NCBI GenBank assembly: GCA_902478425.1
Contig: CABSKV010000001.1
Span: 1-55,691 of the forward strand
Reading direction: 5' to 3'
DNA from: an uncultured Coriobacteriia bacterium
Lineage (GTDB): Bacteria > Actinomycetota > Coriobacteriia > Coriobacteriales > QAMH01
DNA: 55,691 bases
In this document: positions 34,815-41,549 of the stretch, one piece after another
Numbering within the stretch: position 1 is the first letter of the stretch
How the letters are laid out: every line of letters starts with the position of its first letter
Notes under the pieces: model-generated
Told to the model about the DNA's origin: nothing
What the model saw: only the letters and a program-made list of their open reading frames with translations
Database searches by the model: none
Made by a program: the position numbers and the translations under genes

Positions 34815-37061
34815 ATGAACATTGCCGACGCAAAGGAACAGATCAAGGATACCGTCGAGGCGTACCTCCTCAAGGACGAGGCGGGGATGTACAAGATCAA
34901 CCCCGCACGCCAGCGCCCGATCTTTCTCATCGGCGCGCCGGGCATCGGCAAGACCGCCATCATGGAGCAGATCGCCCAGGAGCTGCAAATCGGCATCGTC
35001 TCGTATTCGATGACGCACCACACGCGCCAGAGCGCGCTTGGCCTGCCGCGCATCGTGCATAACGATTTCGAGGGCTTCGAGTACGATTCCTCCGAGTACA
35101 CGATGAGCGAGATCGTGTCCTCGATCTACGATTACATGGGCGAGACGGGACTGCGCGCCGGCATCCTCTTCCTCGACGAGATCAACTGCGTCTCGGAGAC
35201 GTTGTACCCTTCCATGCTCCAGTTCCTGCAGTTCAAGACCTTCGGGCGTCATCGCGTTCCGCATGATTGGATCATCGTCTGCGCGGGCAATCCGCCCGAG
35301 TACAACAAGTCGGTGCACGAGTTCGATATCGTCACGCTCGACCGCCTGCGCGAAATCGAGGTCGAGCCCGAGTACGCCGCATGGAAGCGTTATGCCGCGC
35401 AAAAGGGCATCCACCCAGCTGTCACCACGTTCCTGGAGGCCAAACCCGATTGCTTCTACCTCGTGCAGTCCAAGCCCGGCGGTGGCAAGAGCTTCGTCAC
35501 GGCGCGCGGATGGGAGGATCTGGCCGAGGCCATCGCGTTGTACGAGGAGATGGGCAAGCCGATCAACCGCGACCTCATTGGGCAGTTCTTGCGTGACGAC
35601 GAGATCGCGGATAGCTTCTCGGTGTACTACAACCTCTTCGACAAGTACCGCTCCGATTACCAGATCATGAACATACTATCTGGTGCGGCGGGACTCGACA
35701 TCATTAATCGTGCTCGCGCCGCCGAGTTCGACGAGCGCGTCGCCTTGCTGGGCCTCATGCTCGATGCGGTCGCGAATGCATGTGCGCATGCACTTGAACA
35801 GGAGGAGGTCGTCATCTCGTTGCGCGATATCCTGCGCGACGCGAAGCCGGCTCTGCTCGACGGAGCGTCCATCGACGAGACGGTTGGCATCGTCGCCTCG
35901 ACGCGTGAGCAGGCACTTGCGCGCAAGGTCGCGTCCGGCACGGCAAAGCCCAGCTACGAGCGCAAGGAAAGCCTCGTCATCGTCAAGCTCAAGCACCTCA
36001 TGGAGCAGTGCAGGCTCGCGGGCACCGTGGTCGGCGAGGAGGCGTTCGCGACCATCAGCGATGCGTATCGCGAGGAGGTCAACGCGATTGACCCGCTCGT
36101 GAAGACCGCCGACAGCCAGATGACCAACGCGATTAAGTTCATCGAGGAGGCCTGGGGCAACGGCCGCGAGATGCTCGTCACGGTGGCCGAGCTCACGACG
36201 CGCCAGACGACCACGCAGTTCATCGCGCATTACGGCAACGAGGCCTACTACGCGCATAATGACGAGCTGCAGGTCGACGAGCATAGACGCAGCCTGTCCG
36301 AGCGCGTGCGCACGCTCGACATCAACGCCGAGGAGGCCATGCAACCGGGCGAGACTGCCGCGGCGGGTGGCCAGACGATAGCCGAGTACTACGGCGGCAA
36401 GCAGTTCGAGTACGGGTTTGCATCCATGAGCAAGATGACCCTGCCCGATGCAGCACAGCTCAAGGGCAAGACGGTGCTCGACGTGGCATGCAGGCGCGGC
36501 AAGGGCTGCTTCAAGTTTAGCGCGAAGGTGGGCGGTACGGGCCGCGTCATCGGCGTGGATTGGTCGCCGAGCTACATCGCCGAGGCGATCGAGGATTCCG
36601 AGCGCGCCTGGCGCAAGAACAACCTCAAGGCTAACAACATGGACTTCAAGGTTGCCTATCCCGAAGACCTCATGGAGGCTGGCATCGGCGAGGGCACGGT
36701 CGACGTCGTCTACATCAACAACGTGATGACGCTGCTCTACGACCAGGGCAAGGCGCTCGAGGAGTTCTACCGCGTGCTCAAGCCGGGCGGACTGCTCATC
36801 TGCGAGACGATCGTCTCGGATGTCACGCGCGACGCGGCCGTGGTCGAGAAGGCGCGCGGCATCGGCAACAGCATCCAGGCGGCGCTTCCCGAAGACGAGC
36901 TGCGCGCTCAGATGAAGGCGGCGGGCTTTAAGGACCTGGAGGTCATCGATTCGTATCCGGTCGATGCCGACCGTGGCTTCACGTCGAGCACGGTCGTCGA
37001 GACCGTCCCCTCGACCGAGACCGTCCGCTTCGAGGCAGTGGCGTTCAACGCACGTAAGTAG
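34815..37061 (+). CDS. MoxR/AAA_5-class AAA+ ATPase fused to a C-terminal class I SAM methyltransferase domain
   Basis: ATG 34815 follows AAGGAAAGGA; the ORF-track start at 34740 overlaps the upstream gene. Walker A is GAPGIGKT, Walker B is ILFLDEIN, and IIVCAGNPPEYN is the sensor-1 region. A helical middle is followed from about nt 36465 by VLDVACRRGKG...VIGVDW...LKPGGLLI. Confidence 0.8.
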   Translation: MNIADAKEQIKDTVEAYLLKDEAGMYKINPARQRPIFLIGAPGIGKTAIMEQIAQELQIGIVSYSMTHHTRQSALGLPRIVHNDFEGFEYDSSEYTMSEIVSSIYDYMGETGLRAGILFLDEINCVSETLYPSMLQFLQFKTFGRHRVPHDWIIVCAGNPPEYNKSVHEFDIVTLDRLREIEVEPEYAAWKRYAAQKGIHPAVTTFLEAKPDCFYLVQSKPGGGKSFVTARGWEDLAEAIALYEEMGKPINRDLIGQFLRDDEIADSFSVYYNLFDKYRSDYQIMNILSGAAGLDIINRARAAEFDERVALLGLMLDAVANACAHALEQEEVVISLRDILRDAKPALLDGASIDETVGIVASTREQALARKVASGTAKPSYERKESLVIVKLKHLMEQCRLAGTVVGEEAFATISDAYREEVNAIDPLVKTADSQMTNAIKFIEEAWGNGREMLVTVAELTTRQTTTQFIAHYGNEAYYAHNDELQVDEHRRSLSERVRTLDINAEEAMQPGETAAAGGQTIAEYYGGKQFEYGFASMSKMTLPDAAQLKGKTVLDVACRRGKGCFKFSAKVGGTGRVIGVDWSPSYIAEAIEDSERAWRKNNLKANNMDFKVAYPEDLMEAGIGEGTVDVVYINNVMTLLYDQGKALEEFYRVLKPGGLLICETIVSDVTRDAAVVEKARGIGNSIQAALPEDELRAQMKAAGFKDLEVIDSYPVDADRGFTSSTVVETVPSTETVRFEAVAFNARK

Positions 37062-37084
37062 GGCAACGTCTCTGAGACGTTGCC
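37062..37084 (+). terminator. Candidate terminator hairpin right after the operon stop
   Basis: A 10-bp stem (GGCAACGTCT/AGACGTTGCC) starts 1 nt after TAG. Only a weak T tract (TCATTT) follows. Confidence 0.5.
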
Positions 37085-37101
37085 TCATTTCGCTGGATGA
37101 C

Positions 37102-37130
37102 AAAAAGGGGCGGCCCATGTGGACCGCCCC
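37102..37130 (-). terminator. Intrinsic terminator for the minus-strand paaK-like operon
   Basis: Stem GGGGCGG..CCGCCCC plus 2 inner pairs, followed on the minus strand by TTTTT. Confidence 0.7.
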
Positions 37131-37159
37131 TGCGCGACTACCGAGTCAAAGAGCCGTTT

Positions 37160-37813
37160 CTAGAACTTCGCGTACTTCTTGAGGTTACCCTCGAGCTTCC
37201 CGATGAATTTTCTGGCCGTGTCGGAGAGCTCCGCGTCCTTCTTCACGATGTAGCCCAGATGCAGCGTTACGTCTGTGTCGAGGCGCACCGTGGCCAGCGA
37301 GGATCCATCGGAGATGCCGACGAGAATGCCGCTTGTCACCGTGTAGCCGTTGAGTGCGACGATGAGCTCGGAGAGCGATGCGCGATCCGTGCATGCGATG
37401 CTCTTGCGGCGATGCTCATCGGCAAGCGCCTCCTCGGCGAAATAGACCGGGGCATCCTCCTCCTGCTCGAAGTAGATGTACGGGAAGTCCTCGAGCTGGT
37501 CGAGCGTGAGCGATTCGGCGTTTACGAACGGATGGCTCTTGGGCAACGCGACACGTGGTGTCGACTCAATGAGTTCGACGAATTCCACGCCAGCCTCGTC
37601 AAACGCCTTCTCGAGCCCGTCTTTCGAGCGTGTCGTCTCGACGAGCACGCCGATCTCGCTCTCTCCGTCTGCGACGTCCTCGATGACGCGCTTGGTCGTG
37701 CGGTCGCGCAGCGCATACTCGTAATCATCGCCGCCAAGTGCGAGGACGAGCGCCGCGAAGGATTGAACATCGAACAGGTAATGCTGTCCGGAAATGGCGA
37801 ATTTCTTGGTCAT
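37160..37813 (-). CDS. Stand-alone LysR-type effector-binding (substrate-binding) domain protein with no HTH
   Basis: This 217-aa protein aligns along its whole length with residues ~88-300 of the LysR regulator at 39337..40263 (shared SxQHYxF, SxIG, LxLDxLEDxPxxxFEQ, DRAxL, GYTxxxGIL, TDxTxxxGY). There is no N-terminal wHTH. SD is AAGGGA. Confidence 0.75.
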   Translation of the reverse strand: MTKKFAISGQHYLFDVQSFAALVLALGGDDYEYALRDRTTKRVIEDVADGESEIGVLVETTRSKDGLEKAFDEAGVEFVELIESTPRVALPKSHPFVNAESLTLDQLEDFPYIYFEQEEDAPVYFAEEALADEHRRKSIACTDRASLSELIVALNGYTVTSGILVGISDGSSLATVRLDTDVTLHLGYIVKKDAELSDTARKFIGKLEGNLKKYAKF

Positions 37814-37831
37814 GGTATATCCCTTGCCTTC

Positions 37832-39175
37832 CTACGCGTCCTGGTTGCGCTCGTCGATGAAGCGCTTGGCCTTGTGCTCACTTGAGGTGCCCAGCTTGTC
37901 GGTGTCGAACACGAGCACCTTGGCCGGCCGGACGCCGGTATGCGTCTTGAGTTCGTTCTCGACGCGCTTGGCAATCTCATCGTACGCCTCGTCGGAGCCA
38001 AACGCACGCTCGACGGAGACTTCGTAACGCGTCGTGTAGTTCTCGTCGTACACGCGGATGAGGTACTCGCCCGACAGCCCCTTGTCGTTGCGCACGATGT
38101 ATTCGATGTCGCTGGGGAACACGTTGACGGCGCTCACGATGAACATCTCGTCCTTGCGGCCCTGGATGTAGATGCGGGTCATGGTGCGGCCGCACTCGCA
38201 GGTCTCGCGGTTGACATGACCGATGTCGCCGCTGCGGAAGCGGATCATCGGACGCGCGCGCTTCTTGAGCGTGGTGTAGACGATTTCGCCGCGCTCACCA
38301 TCGGGCAGGACCTCGCCCGTGACGGGATCGACGACCTCGACGAGAATCTGGTCCTCGATGATGTGCAGGCCGTCCTTGGCGTCGCACATGGCAGCGCAGG
38401 CGCCGTAGATGTCAGATAGGCCGAAGAAGTCGTAGACGCTCGCGTCCCAGATCTCCTCGATGGCCTTGCGCGTTGACTCGATGGAGCCGCCGGGCTCCCC
38501 GGATATGATGATGTGCTTGAGCGAGGCGAAGTCCGTCTTGGGGTCATAGCCTTTCTCGATGGCCTTCTGGCCGAGCTGCCAGGCATATGAGGGCGACGAC
38601 CAGAAGAAGGTGGGCTGATACTGCTTCATCGCCCACAGCAGGCGATCGCTCGGAACAGCGCCGACCCAGATGCCGAGCGCGCCGAGCTCCTGGGCGCCGA
38701 TGACGCAAGGGCCGCCGACGTAGAGCGCGAAGTTCATGCCGTGCAGGTAGCGATCGTTGGGACGCATGCCTGCCTGCCAGAACAAGCGGCTTTCGGCTTT
38801 CATGAAGTCCTCGAAATCACCTTGGGTAAAGGGGCTCATCGTGGGCACGCCGGTCGAACCCGAGGAAGTGGCCATGTAGACGACGTCGTCTTCGGGCACA
38901 CCGCACAGCTCGCCAAAGAAGCTGCCGACACCTTGCGTGTCACGCTCCGTCTGCTTGTTGATGAAGGGGAACTTCTCCAGGTCGGCGAGGGTCTCGATTT
39001 CGGGCGAGACACCAGCCTCATCCCAGGCGCGCTTGTAATACGGGCAGTTGTCGTAGGCGAATTTCAGCTCGTCTTTGAGATAGCCAAGCTGCAACTCCTC
39101 AAGCTGCTCGCGCGGCATGGTCTCGATCTCTTTGTCGTAGTACTCTTGGTCATATGGAACGTTCTTCTTTGCCAT
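37832..39175 (-). CDS. Phenylacetate-CoA ligase family protein (PaaK / coenzyme F390 synthetase-like adenylating enzyme)
   Basis: AMP-binding P-loop TSSGSTGVPT, SGEPGG, and a C-terminal domain ending in the KAKRFIDER motif. SD is AAGGAG. Confidence 0.88.
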   Translation of the reverse strand: MAKKNVPYDQEYYDKEIETMPREQLEELQLGYLKDELKFAYDNCPYYKRAWDEAGVSPEIETLADLEKFPFINKQTERDTQGVGSFFGELCGVPEDDVVYMATSSGSTGVPTMSPFTQGDFEDFMKAESRLFWQAGMRPNDRYLHGMNFALYVGGPCVIGAQELGALGIWVGAVPSDRLLWAMKQYQPTFFWSSPSYAWQLGQKAIEKGYDPKTDFASLKHIIISGEPGGSIESTRKAIEEIWDASVYDFFGLSDIYGACAAMCDAKDGLHIIEDQILVEVVDPVTGEVLPDGERGEIVYTTLKKRARPMIRFRSGDIGHVNRETCECGRTMTRIYIQGRKDEMFIVSAVNVFPSDIEYIVRNDKGLSGEYLIRVYDENYTTRYEVSVERAFGSDEAYDEIAKRVENELKTHTGVRPAKVLVFDTDKLGTSSEHKAKRFIDERNQDA

Positions 39176-39287
39176 GCCGAGCTCCTTTCGTGTGTTATCG
39201 ATCTTGCTCTCGGATAGACGTCCGCTATTTCACCACTCTTTCGAACGTTTGCATAGAACTTTGACCATGCGTAGTTTCGATACCTTG

Positions 39288-39302
39288 CTATTGATAAAAT
39301 AG
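39288..39302. promoter_or_regulatory. Candidate LysR box (T-N11-A dyad) in the divergent paaK-like/lysR intergenic region
   Basis: CTATTGATAAAATAG is CTATT-N5-AATAG and contains T-N11-A. It sits in the most AT-rich stretch of the window, 35 nt upstream of the lysR ATG. Confidence 0.3.
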
Positions 39303-39336
39303 ATTACTAGGCGATATATGCAATTGAAGGGAAACT

Positions 39337-40263
39337 ATGACACTCCAACAGCTTCGCTATCTCATCGCGATAGCCGAAACCGGCTCCATGAGCGCGGCGG
39401 CAAAGCAGATGTACGCATCACAATCGAATCTCTCGATTGCCGTCAAGGAACTCGAGCGCGAATTCGGCATCGACATATTCACGCGCACCAATCGTGGCGT
39501 GGCGCTCACGAACGAAGGAAACGAGCTGCTTGCCTACGCGCGGCAGATCGTCGAGCAGGCGAACATACTCGAGGAGCATTACGCGAGCAAGAGCCACGAG
39601 GCGCGCTTCTCGGTTTCGACACAGCATTACGCGTTCTGCGTCCGCGCGTTCATCGACACGGTGGACAGCTGCGATGACGAGGAATACGACTTCATCATGC
39701 GCGAGGCAGCGACTGGCGAGATTATCGACGACGTGCGCACGCATCGCTCCGACATTGGCATTCTCTACATCGATCGGCACAACGCCCGCGTGCTCAGAAG
39801 CGCGTTCGAGGATGCACAGCTCACGTTCACGCCGCTCTTCGAGGCACCCGTCAACGTCTTCGTGGGCGAGCATCATCCGCTGGCGCAGCGCTCGCTTCTC
39901 AAGCTGGACGAGCTCGAAGATTACCCACGCTACTCGTTCGAGCAGGGCGTCGCCAATTCCTTCTTCTTCTCCGAAGAACCGCTTTCCGAGGTACCGCACA
40001 AGCGCAAGATACGCATCTCCGACCGTGCCACGCTCACGAGTTTGCTCACCGACTTCGATGGCTACACGCTCTCGACGGGCATACTCACACCCGAGATGCA
40101 GGACGGCATCGTCACCATACCGCTCGACACCGACATCACCATGACCGTCGGATACCTCATCCACAAGGAGCGTGTGCTTGACGGCTTGCTCGCGACGTAC
40201 ATCGACAACCTGCGCGCCGTCATCAAGAGCAACCCGCTCGTTGCGAGGTATCTGGGCGAGTGA
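39337..40263 (+). CDS. LysR-family transcriptional regulator
   Basis: N-terminal wHTH (MTLQQLRYLIAIAETGSMSAAAKQMYASQSNLSIAVKELEREFGIDIFTR) plus a LysR substrate-binding domain. Confidence 0.92.
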   Translation: MTLQQLRYLIAIAETGSMSAAAKQMYASQSNLSIAVKELEREFGIDIFTRTNRGVALTNEGNELLAYARQIVEQANILEEHYASKSHEARFSVSTQHYAFCVRAFIDTVDSCDDEEYDFIMREAATGEIIDDVRTHRSDIGILYIDRHNARVLRSAFEDAQLTFTPLFEAPVNVFVGEHHPLAQRSLLKLDELEDYPRYSFEQGVANSFFFSEEPLSEVPHKRKIRISDRATLTSLLTDFDGYTLSTGILTPEMQDGIVTIPLDTDITMTVGYLIHKERVLDGLLATYIDNLRAVIKSNPLVARYLGE

Positions 40264-40312
40264 GTTGCGGTACCATATCGGGTTAACCAAAACGTCAACG
40301 AATGAGGCAGCT

Positions 40313-41548
40313 ATGACCGAGCAATTCGATAACCGCGAGCTAATCATCGAGTACCTCGAATCGGGGTGCAAGGGCGGCGATATGGGTTACATCGGCGTCG
40401 AGATCGAGCAGTTCGTGCTCGACGAAGACGGCGACCGCGTGCCCTACATCGAGAAGCATGGCCGCCTGGGCGTGCGTGATATCCTCGAGCAGCTGAGCCC
40501 GTATTACTCCGAGGTCGTGCGCAACGAAGAAGGTGACATTCTCTCGCTGTTCCGCCTCGATTCCAACGTGACCATCGAGCCTGCCGCGCAGCTCGAGCTT
40601 TCCATCTCGCCCATGCTCTCGCTTGCCGGTGTCGAGAACGAGTACGACAACTTCGCGCTGCGCATGAAGCAGATCCTCAAGCCCTTTGACTACACGCTCG
40701 TGCCGCTGGGCTACGACCCCAAGAACCACGCGGCCGATCTGCCCATCATCCCCAAGCCGCGCTATCACTTCATGGACGAGTACTTCTCGAAGCTGCCAGG
40801 CATGCACGCCGAGCGCATGATGCGTGCGACCACCTCGATGCAGGTTTCCATCGACTTCGCGAGCGAGGCCGATGCCGTGCGAAAGCTGCGCATCGCCACG
40901 CTGCTTGGCCCCGTCTTCTCGTACCTGCTCGACAACGTGCCCGTCTTCGAGGGCGAACCCAACTCCACGCCACTTCGTCGCATGAAGGTGTGGCGCGAGG
41001 TCGATCCCGTGCGCTGCGGTGCCATTCCCGGTCTCTTCGACGAGGGTTTCGGCTTTGCCGCCTACGCGGATTGGCTGCTCTCCGTTCCGCCCATCTTCAT
41101 CACGCGCCCTGACGTGCATTCCACGGGAACGATGACCGCTGCCGAGGCATATGCCGATGCACCCATGACCAAAGCCGACATCGAGCACTTGATGAGCATG
41201 GTGTGGCCCGACGTGCGTCTCAAACGTTACGTTGAGATTCGCCAGGGCGATTCGGTTCCCTTCGACGTCGCGCTCGGGTATGCTGCGCTCATCAAAGGTG
41301 TCTTCTACGGCGAGACCAACCTCGACATCATCGAGCACGCGCTCGGGGTGGGCGAGGACGGCATCTGGCCCTATACCGAGCAAAGCGTCGAAGATGCCAT
41401 CGACGCCGTCATTGCCGACGAGCTCGATGCCGTGATCTACGGCCGCACGCTCGAGGACTGGATCGGCCTGCTCTTCCAGGTCGCGCCCGATGGCTTGGGC
41501 GTCGAGGCGGAGTACCTCGAGCCGCTCATGGACTTCAAGGGGATCTAG
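40313..41548 (+). CDS. Glutamate--cysteine ligase, plant/proteobacterial GCS2-type (or EgtA-like)
   Basis: Contains IEPAAQLELS, PKPRYHFMDEY, MQVSIDF and WPDVRLKRYVEIRQGD, which match the GCS2 family layout. ATG 40313 is used; the ORF-track start at 40172 overlaps lysR. Confidence 0.78.
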   Translation: MTEQFDNRELIIEYLESGCKGGDMGYIGVEIEQFVLDEDGDRVPYIEKHGRLGVRDILEQLSPYYSEVVRNEEGDILSLFRLDSNVTIEPAAQLELSISPMLSLAGVENEYDNFALRMKQILKPFDYTLVPLGYDPKNHAADLPIIPKPRYHFMDEYFSKLPGMHAERMMRATTSMQVSIDFASEADAVRKLRIATLLGPVFSYLLDNVPVFEGEPNSTPLRRMKVWREVDPVRCGAIPGLFDEGFGFAAYADWLLSVPPIFITRPDVHSTGTMTAAEAYADAPMTKADIEHLMSMVWPDVRLKRYVEIRQGDSVPFDVALGYAALIKGVFYGETNLDIIEHALGVGEDGIWPYTEQSVEDAIDAVIADELDAVIYGRTLEDWIGLLFQVAPDGLGVEAEYLEPLMDFKGI

Positions 41549-41549
41549 C

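Noticed and set aside
29342-37130. Calling the 30-37 kb operon a bona fide genomic island integrated at tRNA-Thr or ssrA
   Set aside because: There is no integrase and no direct repeat of the tRNA or tmRNA 3' end at the distal boundary. Codon bias looks host-like except for one short patch. I kept this only as a low-confidence contextual observation.
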